A stretch of 64,000 nucleotides of DNA from Peribolospora baueri (taxonomy: Eukaryota), in NCBI GenBank assembly GCA_029717555.1, contig JAMDHS010000002.1, positions 1 through 64,000 on the forward strand, read 5' to 3'. The notes under the pieces are model-generated. The model made no database searches. It was not told the origin of the DNA and saw only the letters and a list, made by a program, of their open reading frames with translations. Shown piece by piece: positions 37,294 through 47,984 of this stretch (the stretch's first letter is position 1; each line of letters begins with the position of its first letter). The position numbers and the translations under genes are program-made.

Positions 37294-40200
37294 ATGCCAG
37301 CCCCAGCCCCAGCGCCGGCCTTCGTCGTCGACGACCACCTCTACAAGTCCTCACACCCACCCCTTCCTCCCGCCGCCTCCACCCGCTCTTCACCACCGCC
37401 CCCCGCGCCCCCGCCCTCCAAGGCCGGCATACAGGCCATCGCCGCCGCCGCCGCCGAGCGAAAACGTTCCCGCACCGCCCGCGGACGGTCGCGAGAGCGC
37501 AAGCCCGCCGCCGATCACGGCCCCCGCGAGCCCTCTCCTGACCCGCCCGCGCACGCGCACGACGATCGGGCGGCAGCGGCGGCGACCAACGCCGACGTCG
37601 AGGTGCACGAAGACGAGACGGAGGGGGAGGGGGACGACGGCGGGGAGCACGCTTTGAGCGAAGCCAACCTCGCCCGCCGCGGCTACCACTCCTTCCTCTG
37701 CCTCGGCGTCCCCTTCCACGTCCCCCTCCGCTACACCCTCGAGAGGGAACTCGGCGTAGGCGCCTACGGCTCCGTCGCTTTAGTCAAGGACGGCAAGACT
37801 GGCCGATCGTGCGCGGTTAAAAAAATCACCAAAGTCTTTGATCGCGTCATGCTCGGTCGTAGAGCACTTCGGGAGACTGCTATCCTTCATCATGCCAATA
37901 CGCACGAGAACGTTACAGGCCTCATCGATATTGACGCTAGCTTTGTTGACTTTAATGAAGTGTGAGTCCCGAGTGCCAGCGAGCGAGCTCTATCATTTTT
38001 TGTCTCCTTCGCTCTCTGTCTGTCTTTCGTGTCTCATGTCTCCCTCGTCTTCTCCTTATGTCTTTCTCTGTCCTCCAGCTACCTCTATCTCGAGGCAATG
38101 GAGGCCGACCTGCACCAGATCATTCGCTCCGGTCAGAAACTCACCAACCAGCACCTCACCTTTTTCCTTTATCAGCTTTTACGCGGCGTCAAGGTGAGAA
38201 AGAAGAAAGACCGGATCCATGCCCGCCTGCCCTTGACTGACAGACTAACCAACCAACGAACCACCCTTCCAGTACATCCACGCCGCCAACGTCGTCCATC
38301 GCGACCTCAAACCCGGCAACCTCCTTGTCAACGCAGATTGCGAGCTCAAGATCTGCGACTTTGGCCTCGCCAGGGCTTTCACTCGCGAGCCTCCCGCCTG
38401 GCCCGTCTCCGACCTCCCGTTTCCTAACCCGCCCGCCGACGCCGACCGAGGCGGTCATTCCGGCTACTGCCTCCCTTCCCCCACCCGCCCATACCTCGAG
38501 ACTTCCACGGGCGCCTACTACCCCGGCGCCCCGCTCACCAGCTACGTGGCCACCCGCTGGTACCGCGCCCCCGAGGCCCTCCTCGCCTTCTGCTCCGGCT
38601 ACGACACCGCCCTCGACATGTGGTCCGTCGGCTGCATCCTCGCCGAGCTCATGGCCGGAAAACCCCTGTTCGCGGGCAAGGACTTCGCCGATCAGATCCT
38701 CCGCATATCCAACGTCCTCGGCACGCCCCCGGACCCTTTGCTGGATAGGTGCGGCAACGACCGCGCCAAGGCATACATCAAGAGCCTGCCCGCCATGCAA
38801 CCCGTCGACCTGGCCCACCTCTTTCCCAAGGCTGACCCCATAGGCATCGATCTGCTCAAGAAGATGCTCGAGCTCGACCCGGACAAGCGCATCTCCGCCT
38901 CCGACGCTCTCGCCCACCCTTACCTCGCTGCCTACCACGACCCCACCGACGAGCCGCCGTGTCCGCGTCCGTACGCAAAATGGGACATTGAGTTTCTCGA
39001 TTCGATCGACGATCTTAAGGACGCCTTCGTCCGCGAGCAGGCCACGTTTGAGAGGGAGGTCTTTCGCCGCTATGAGGCGCAGTTGAGGGCCGAGCGGGGA
39101 TTGGCGGAGGAGGAGGAGGAGGAAGAAGAGGAGGAGGAGGAGAATTGGACAGACGCTCAAGGCCGTGCTGGCTCCGACGAGAGCGATGGCGAAGAGGAAG
39201 AGGAGGGGCCCAGGATGGAAGAGGACGACGAGGCGCCCAGGACGGAAGCGGACGACGACGAGGCGCTGCCCGCCTCGCCGTCCGTCGTGCGCGACTCGCT
39301 TCGCCGCGACGACTCGGACTCGCTCGACGCCCCCTTGAACCGTTACGCCCCGCGCCGAGACGCTTCCTTCGCTAGCAACCTCTCCAACTCGTCCTATGCC
39401 ACCGTGCGCGCCGCGAAATCCCCCGCCGATGCCGACCCGGCACCGCTCGCCTCGTCGCCGCCCCCCGCCGCTTCGGAGGCCAAGAAGGCCGACGACGCCG
39501 TCGCTCTCGTGTCCTCCCGGAATGGCTCCACGTCCCACAAGCGCACCCCGTTCACCGGCTCGTACTCCTCCGTCGTCTCCGAGTCCTCCGTCGCCTCCTC
39601 TTACACTTCCACCACCAACACCAATACCTCCACCGACGACGCCTCCACCTCCGCCTCCTCTTTGCCCTCCGCCACCTCCTCCCCCACCCGCGTTCGCCAC
39701 CTCGCCGATCACGGCGACGGCGCCCACTCGGACCGAGGGACGCTGCCGTTCCCGACCGCCGACGGTCTGCAGCAGCACCCCGAGATTGCCGCCGCCGTCT
39801 CGCCTTCGGGCATGACGGCCAAGGAAGAAACACAGGATCCCCCCGTCGTGCGGTCCCTAGATGCGGATGAGGACACAGTCGACGGCCTCGGCGCGCTCGT
39901 CTTCGGGCACGCGCACGCTCATGCCACCTCCGCCTCGTCCTACCGCCGACCAGCCGCACGTCGTCGCTCCTCGGCCGACGCTTCGAACGCGCCCGGTGTC
40001 GGCAACGCTCGGATGCGCACGAGGTCGCTCGCGGAGGGAGCCGCGCGCTCCTACGCCACCCTCGGCAAGGGCGCTGGCAGGTACCTCAGCCAAGGCCACA
40101 CCTCCGTCCACGGTGGCGACGGCACCGACGTCGCGGACGACTCGACGACGACGACGTCGCTCGGCATGGACACGTGGACGCGCAGGACGCTGTGCCGGTC

Positions 40201-40717
40201 GAGCGTCGTCGAGATGAGCATTCGCGCGTGGGGCCTCGCCGCGCCCGACAAGGCCAAGGCCAACCGCGCTGGCGTCGGGGCCAATGAGAAGGGCGGGGAG
40301 CAGCGTCGTCTTTGTCGCGGCCCGTCGTCGTCGTCGTCGTCAACATCCGACAACACCGACAATAAGGCCGACCTCACGGCGGCGTGCGGCGGTCGCAGCG
40401 CCGTATCCGAGTCCGAATCTCACGGCGACCCGCCGCCGATCACCAGTGCGGGCCACAGCACCGGCGGCGCAAGGAGCCGCAGCTGCAGCTTCTCCTCCGG
40501 CCTCCCTTCCTCCTTCTCCGCCTCCACCTCCACCCCCGCTTCTACATCCGTGACCTTCGCCGTCACCGCCGCGGCGGGCCTGTTGCAGAAAAGCTTCGGC
40601 ATGGGCATGAGCGAGATCGTGCCTTGCGGCAGCGGCGGCGGTGGGAGTGGCAGTGGAAGTGAAAGTGGAAGTGGTGGCAGTCGACTTGATGGCCCCGCTG
40701 ACGATGCTTCTCGCTAG
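37294..40717 (+). CDS. MAP kinase of the Mpk1/Slt2 family, atypical paralog with long C-terminal extension
   Basis: LGVGAYGSV, AVKKITKVF, MEADLHQIIRSGQ, HRDLKPGNLLVNADCELKICDFGLAR, YVATRWYRAPE, DMWSVGCILAEL and AHPYLAAYHDPTDEP. Two introns (about 37961-38079 and 38194-38271). Confidence 0.92.
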
Positions 40718-41380
40718 AGCGGACGGTCTTCGTTGAGTTGATGGGCCATAGAGCCGCCGGCGGCTTGCTGTCCTCCCGTCTATCGTCCTCTCTCCACCGT
40801 ACACCACCACGACGTGTGCTCACCCACAGCCATCCTCTCGTCCCATTCTTCTTCGCTCAGGCCGGATATCAGAACCGGTCTCGTCTCGCTCGCTCCACTC
40901 CTTTCCTTCCTTTTTCTATTTTTCGCTGTCTTTTTTCCCTCCTTCACCGGCCGGACCCGGATCTCTTTTCTTTTTGTGTTAGTGGATCTCACGCTATTCT
41001 GTTTTTTTTTTTTTGGTTTCCCTCCTTTCGTTTTGGGTTCGTCTTCGGTTTGGTTTGGTTCGGATTCGGATTCGGATTCGGTTCATCACCACTTCCTTCT
41101 TTCTCCTTCTCCTTCGGGCTCTAGCATCGTCCCCTGTCAGTCTCGTCGTCCCGCTGTCCCGTCCCCGTCATCACCCATGTAGCTTTTCCTTCCTCCTCCA
41201 TCCACCCACCCGCCTCGTCTCGTCTCATCTCGTCCGCCGCCCTCATCGCTCTGTCCTCCACGCTCCCCATCGTCCCCATCGTCCCCCGCCCCGATCATTC
41301 ATTCATTCCTGCCTTGCCAGTCATGTTCATCCCTTCATGTATCGCACCCCTTCGCACACGCATCCATCCTTCCTCGTTCC

Positions 41381-41431
41381 CGTCGTCCGTCGTCCGTCGT
41401 CCGTCGTCCGTCGTCCGTCGTCCGTCGTCCG
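41381..41431. repeat. Heptanucleotide tandem repeat (CGTCGTC)x7
   Basis: Directly visible perfect array. Confidence 0.9.
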
Positions 41432-41677
41432 CGGTTCGCTCGCTCGCTCGTCCACAATTGGAGACATCTTTCCGGTTGCAACCTTGATAGAGTTGGGACA
41501 ATCTGGGATGACGTCCCGCCCTGCGCTTGAGTTAAGAAGTGAGGCGCGTGTTCTTCGTGTCGCGCGTTTCTCGTGTAGATCGATTGAAGGTTCGTCGCTC
41601 GCTGCGCTGCGGCTACGATCGGCGGCGATATCGACGTCTGCACATCGTATCCGATCCCATCCCACCGGCCGTCCAGC

Positions 41678-43443
41678 ATGTCGGTGAGTTTGACGGGGAC
41701 GAGGGGAGGGACGCACACGCCTGTCTCATCCTCTTCCTTCCTTCCTTTCTCTCCCCCCCCCCATCCATCAACAAAACAAGGACGGCCACTACTCCTATCT
41801 CCACATGAGCCCCGCCGCGCTAGACGTGCTCGTCGATCAGCACGACTTATGGGAGCAGCTTGGGCCTTTGCCCGATGAGGGTGCGTATTCCTTTCCTCTC
41901 TCTGTCGCCTTTCACTTTCACTTTCGCTTACTTACTTACTTACTTACCTTTTTCGCCCCGCCCGCCCGCCTTGCATCTCCCCCCAGACGTCGCCGTGCCC
42001 GTCCACCTTTTGCCGCCGTATCAGGACGAGGACGATGGTGGGTCGTCGTCGTGGGGAAAAAAATTCCATTTCAGGCCCGCGTCCGTCGTCTTGTTTGCGT
42101 GGGCCTCGCTTCTCTTCGCTCGCTCATCGTTCCTTCCCCCGAACAGACACTCTCCCGTCCCATCAACACCCCTCCTACCCATACGGCAGACCCCTCCCCC
42201 TGCTCTCGTCCGGAATGCGCGCCCCCGCGCTCGCCGCCGCAGGTCCGTCCTCGGTAGGCCAAGGCGCCGCCGCCGCCGCCGCCACAGGAGGAGGAGGCTC
42301 TTCGGCGGGCTCGTGGGGGCCTCAAATCCACCCCGCCCGCTTGCACGCTCTCTTTTCTCACTCTGCAAGAAGACAGCAACAGGCGGCCATGGCAGCCGCC
42401 AACGAGCGCGTCGGCGGAGGACCCAATGGCGCCGCCGCGGCCGCCGCCGCCGTCCATCACCGCCCCGCCCTCGATCCGTCGACGACGCGCTATTATCCAC
42501 AACGAGAGACCCTCGTGCCCCCTTACGGACCCGGCCTCGCCAAGCGTCTGCTCAGCAGGCTCGAAGAGGACGAAGGTTGGCGATGGGGCTGGGCCGCCGA
42601 GGAAATCGCGGAGAGGAAGGGCGCAGTGTGGACTGACCTCGCCCTCTCCGACATCCCGCGCCCGGGAGGATTGTTGCGCGCCGCGACGACGACCACGACC
42701 ACGACCACGACAGGTGCGCAAACGGAGGCGGGCGCTGACAGCGACGCGTTCAACGATCCGATCACGACCCTGTGGCGGCGCGCCGGGCTCGTGAGGGAGG
42801 AGGATAGAGGGGAGCAGACGGAAGACGCGGTGGAGGAGGAAGAAGGGGAGGAGGAGGAGGGGGAGGAGGAGTTTGCGGATGTCAGTGAGTTTACCCAAGA
42901 CGGCATCCCCTACGACGACGATGATCATCCCAGCACGTGGTAAAGTGGCCTGTCTCTTTCTCCTTCAAAGCGAACAGCGGCGGAAGCTGGAGCCAAAGTC
43001 GATCGGTCGTCGGCATGGACGCCAGCGGGTCGACCGAGGCGGCCGTCTCTGCCTCCGCGGAGCGCGACGCCGTCGTCGTCGGCGGCGGCGGCGGCAGCAG
43101 CTGGCCCGCCTACTTTACTACTACTGCGGACGCGGAGACGTCGGGAGAGGCGGCGGACGTGGTGGACGACGAGTTCGAGGAGGACGTCGAGGAGGACGTC
43201 GTCGTCGTCGACATGGAGGCGTCCGACGACTTACCGGCAGACGAGGAAGAGCTGGACCAACTCACGCGAGCCACCGCTGGCCTCGTTGCCGCCGAGCCTG
43301 GTCGCGCGGCGGCGGCAGCGGCGGCGGCGTCCGGGCGAGGAACCGGGTTTGAAGAGGAGTTGTTGGAGGTCGAGCACGACGAGAATCTTGGTCCTCCGGG
43401 AACGGACAGGGCGCCCAGAGGGGAGGACGAGTGGGCTCGATGA
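41678..43443 (+). CDS. APC13: Anaphase-promoting complex subunit Apc13-like protein, strongly extended (stop at 42943, or 43443 if a short intron is spliced)
   Basis: Spliced MS-DGHYSYLHMSPAALDVLVDQHDLWEQLGPLPDE-DVAVPVHLLPPYQDEDD-DTLPSHQH...AVWTDLAL. This fits the Apc13 pattern (LP.EDV.IP...P...D and WTDLAL) recalled from human and fungal orthologs. Confidence 0.7.
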
Positions 43444-43789
43444 CGCTCCGAGGACGCGGAGGGCGGAGAGGGCAATCCATCATGAGAATACTCTGTCTGG
43501 CTAGTCCGGCTGTCTTTGTTGACGCGACCAGCAGTGCCACTCTGGCTCTCCTTTTTTGTCGTCACGGCGCCGCTTTCACGTCGAGCGCTACGGCTGCCCT
43601 GCTGCTCTCTCTTCTCTCTCTGCCCAGCCACGTTTTTCATCAAGCGAGAGGAACACTGATAAGGCTGACCTTTGCAAAAGATGGATACCCGCATTTTTTT
43701 CCCTCTCTTTTCTCAGTTTTCTTCACCAAGGGTCGCCTCTTTCCTGAATTGACGAGCACGCCAGGGCGCGCGTGGATGAACGGTTTTTC

Positions 43790-44830
43790 AGGTGGGCTAG
43801 TATGTCCTGGAGCGGGCCGAAGGCCGATGTCGTACCTGGAGCGTTGTAGAGGTTGAGAACGGCGAGCCCACGCTGCCATGCTTCCCCGGGTGAAGAAGGG
43901 AGGACTGTGACGGCCGTGGCGTCGTACGAGGTGGTCGGTAGGGCGCAGACGCGGCTGGGAGGGAGCAGCCGAATGTTGATCAGGATGGCTGACCGCGGAC
44001 GGTGCGGTCTTCCATCCCCCGGCGGGGGTGAGGCCGGAGGGGGCAGAACCGGTTGCCAATTGCGATAAAAGGGGAGAGAGGAGGTAGTGGGTATGATGTA
44101 AGGTTCCTGCAGACAGATGAGGTGGTATCTTGCCGTGTCTTCATCATGGAGGAGCGAGTGGATTGACGCACGGACCGGTGGGACTTGACTTCTCCGTTTC
44201 CTTCATGGTGCTCCCGATGGAGAGCCCACGCTGGAGAGCCTTGTTGGCAGGCTCCTTGTTGGCCATGTAAACAACGAGGCTGGAGGTCGGCTTGGGGCGC
44301 GGTCCAGTGGCCCGCGAGGGAACCGCCCACTTGGCCTTAACGATGTCGGCGAGGACCATCCCGTTATCCGCCGCGAGTTCCTGGAGGCACTCTTGACTGT
44401 CAGGGACGAACGTCGTAGGTACGCGGTGGACAACGATGGGGAAGAGAGGGGCCTTGACGCGTAAACCCGCGCGTCAAGGGCATCGACCCAGGCCGTGTCC
44501 TTAGCCAAGAGGGAGGCATCGGAATCTTTGAGGAAGCGGATCAAGATGTCCTTGGACTTCGGACGGACCATGGCGGCTTGGACCGGGACAGTCCGTCCGG
44601 TCGCCTCGCGGATAGCAGCTTGGATACGGTTGCGGAGGTTGGGCGGTGTTATAGAGCAACCAGCACCACCAATACGAACGTCAAGCGGCAGGAAGGTCAA
44701 GAAGTCTCGGGCACTCCTGGAAACTGAGGCTTCGGCGTAAGCCTTCGACATCAGCACCCCCTTCCCGTCAAGCCCTGGATCAAGTCGCAAGGCCGCAGCA
44801 TGATCGGACGTACCACGCGCAACACCAGCC
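43790..44830 (-). mobile_element. Truncated, frameshifted non-LTR retrotransposon (LINE, Tad1-like): ORF1 gag-like plus ORF2 AP-endonuclease N-terminus
   Basis: ORF1-like FPIVVHRVPTTF...ADNG...W...SSLVVYM...ANKALQRGL. Downstream APE motifs YHLICLQEPY (about 44095-44135), RPRSAILIN and LAVLNLYN. No reverse transcriptase domain is seen. Confidence 0.8.
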
Positions 44831-44849
44831 GCCTCCTGGAGAAGTTACT

Positions 44850-45345
44850 CCAGCTTCACACTCGTCTATCTGTTGCTCCAACTCCTATCTAGTCTCGCTC
44901 CGCTTCCACGAAAGTAAATAGAGGGGCTCGATTCCCCCATCTGTAATTAGATCCCTCATCCGTGAATCTCTCTTCTCCTTTCCCAACCAACCCCGATCCT
45001 GTCCTATCCTCCTCTTCTCTTCTCTTCTCTTCTCCGTTCCTTCCCCTACCCCGACCCTGATCATGTTACTTCCGAATCCGTAATCCTATCGTCCCGATCT
45101 CTCCGTCCCTAGCCCTGCTCTCCTATCCTGCCCTCTCGCACTTGCCCTCGTACCTCTGCCCCACTCTTCCCCTATCTAGTCCTTAGCATCTACCTCGTTC
45201 CTACCTCGCTCGGTCGACTCCCAGCCTACCTCGTCACTCATCTCTCCTTGCCCCGTTCGCGACTCGCCGCCGTTACAGTCGGCCAACGAGGCGCAACTAC
45301 ACCAATACGAAACGACGCCTCTTAGTCGCGAGTCACGTGACCATG
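44850..45345 (+). mobile_element. LTR-like relic
   Basis: TATA-like GTAAATAGAGGGG at about 44914, a long pyrimidine-rich stretch, GTTACA terminus at 45272-45277, then GTCGGCCAA and TCACGTGAC. No target-site duplication found. Confidence 0.4.
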
Positions 45346-47310
45346 CCGCAGCAGGTATGCGGCCACTTCCCCGTAGGAAGAGTAGCTCACTACCCGCAAC
45401 TGGTACCTCCGTGCGGAAGGAGCTTCGGTCGGTCCATGCGTGCTGTCCGACATGCTCGCAGGAGGCTGTTAAGGATTAAACGCTGAGAAGAACAGTACAG
45501 AGCTCGCAACAGGGCATGTTTTGATTATAACTTACTGGGCGCCACTTCCCGAATTCGACCAACGTACTACGCATGCTCCTGCTTCCAACATTGGCTCTCA
45601 GCCCATATAGTAGGCAGATCGCCGCGCGTGTCCGTTGTAGGATCTTGTGTCGACCCGAGATGGACGAGTGTCCTAGTTCACCTTTACAGCTATATCCCAC
45701 GGGGGAAGTGAGTACCAACATCTCTAAGAAAATCGTATAGTTTGCGCGCAATGCTCAGGGAATATTATTCTCCTTCCAAGCAAGAATGAATTTCACTCCA
45801 GTGCGCAGGCAGACAAAAAACATTTTTCGCAACAAATAATTTATTTCTCTCCTATCTTTCCTTCATGGCAAGGTGTCCAAAAACATTTTGGGACTCTCCC
45901 GTTCTCAAAAAATTGAGACTTCTCCAACGTCCATTCGACGCGTTCACGATCGTTACTGCGGAAAGACAGAAAGGAATGTTAAACACCATGTTTTCGCCGC
46001 TCCCCAAAACAATTGCCTAGGTTTATCCGCATTCTACATAGCACTTATGAACATTTCTCTCTCAATCATCCTACAATTGCACATAGTTCATCGTCACAAA
46101 AGGAAAGCCGAAAAGTTTATCGAGTTGCTAGTTGGAAGGGACCAAAAAACTAAGCGAGTCTCGACGACAGAAGATGTGAGTGTGTCTTTCTGACGTGAAG
46201 TTTACCACACAGGATATGGGATATGGGGAGGTGGTTTGATCATAGCGTTGCCGACATTGCAGTCTCTCAGAAATTTTGAACGCCTATTGTACGCTGAAAA
46301 TACAGAAAAGGCATTCCCGTAGTTAAACAAGATGACTGTGCTTGCCTTTAGAACCCTGTTTGCAAGAAAAAAAATTTAAAAATGGAGCACTGGACTCGTA
46401 CCTGTATATGTTTCTTGAGGCTTCGGAACGAGAGCCCGATTGATCGATCGCGCATAGTAGTCAAGCCTGTCCGACGACGGCACGCTCGGATCGTTCGCAA
46501 GGATGGCGCGGGGCGACGGCGACGGCGATCGTCCTGGTCGGGGGGATGGGGCTGCAGGACCAGAAAGGAAAGAGGGAAAAAAAGGGCGGAGGACAACCGT
46601 CCTTTTAAGCCTTTTTCCCTACCCCATCGTCCACTCCTCATCCTCCCTTCCGTCTGTCCTTGCACCTGGTCGGCTTCGACTTCGGCTTCAGTGGCCCGTG
46701 CGCGGGCGGATCCGGGGTGGTAGTGCCAATGGGCTGGCGAGGCGAGCGCTGAGGCCAGCCAATGCTAGTGGACGGACGAGGAACGCCGGCGTCTCGGTCG
46801 GTCGGTCGGTCGTCAGGGTAGGTCTAGCGGTCGCGTCGATAGCCCAACGAACGGGATCCTGTCCGTCCGTCGTGTCGTCTCCGGTAGCGCAGCGCAGATG
46901 AGCGTGCCTGCTCGGGTCTGTCTCCCAAACATGCTAGCTAGCGGCGGGGCGGCCTCGAGGCGGCTTCGGAGGCGGGAGGGGGAAGGAGTGGCGGAAATGA
47001 GGAGGCGCGTGGGATGGGGGAGAGAGGAAGGAATGGGCAAGTTGGAGTGGTGAGACGCGTCCAATGACTGCCTTGCTTCTTCCCCTCCTCGAGGCTGTGC
47101 CCAAGGTTCGCAATGCGGAGGACGACCGCAGCAGGAACGAACAAACAAGCAGACGTGTGTCGGCGTCGGCGTCGGCGTCGGCGTCGTTGAAGCGAAGGCA
47201 AAGCCCGAGCGGAAAAGAAGCCCACTGGGCTCGAACAGCGCAACAGCTCTCAATGCTGACTGAACTCTTGGAAAACCTGGGCCGTAATTGGACCGACCTC
47301 ATTCTTAGAC

Positions 47311-47670
47311 TGTAGGAGATGCAAGTTCCCGTCAAGATCGAACGAGATGGAAAGTTTGGTCAATATTGAGATCCGGTAAGGTCGGACAGTTAGAGAACAG
47401 ACACTCAGTGCTCCGAAGAAGAGTTGTCATGTGACCTGTCACGTGAGGAAGCTCTTGTGTGATCACAGGGTGGGGCTGCGGCAAATGCGATGGACCAGGG
47501 CCGAATGGGCTTCCGGTGGACGAGGTGGTAACCGAGCAAATTGGCCGACTGTGAGCTGGTAGATGATGGTGTCTACATAGTGTTCCTCCTCTCAGGGAGT
47601 ACAGACAGTGGGGTTCCCATCCTCTATATATACGTTTCTCGAGAGGAATAGGCGCTCGGAGCGCACACAA
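47311..47670 (-). mobile_element. LTR-like relic, apparently related to the 44850-45345 element
   Basis: On the minus strand: TATATATAGAGG, then ACAGTCGGCCAA (47552-47541), then TCACGTGAC/TCACATGAC, the same motif order as the 44850 element. Confidence 0.35.
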
Positions 47671-47984
47671 AAGGGGTACGCCGAGAATAGAAGTGATCTA
47701 CCGCCTAGGAAATAGACGGTCGTAAACGGGGTCGCGGCACGATGATCACATCCCCCTACCCGGACGACAGCGTCGGCGACGGGGGATGGATGGATAATGG
47801 GTTAGGTGACGCCAGTCGATGTCTTTTGGCGTCGAAACCATGATAGTGGACCCTCGTCCAGGAGCTGAGACGAGTCGCAGTTGACCTTGTGGATGGATGG
47901 AAGCATGCGGAAGTGGCGCCCTGAAATCGGAATGATCGTAAGTACGGTAAAGATGCGCGATGCCTTCTCCTATTAATACTAGTA

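Noticed and set aside
38189..39778. 529-aa antisense ORF over the MAPK, and similar shadow ORFs elsewhere
   Set aside because: These are expected artefacts of GC-rich codon bias opposite real genes and have no recognisable domains.
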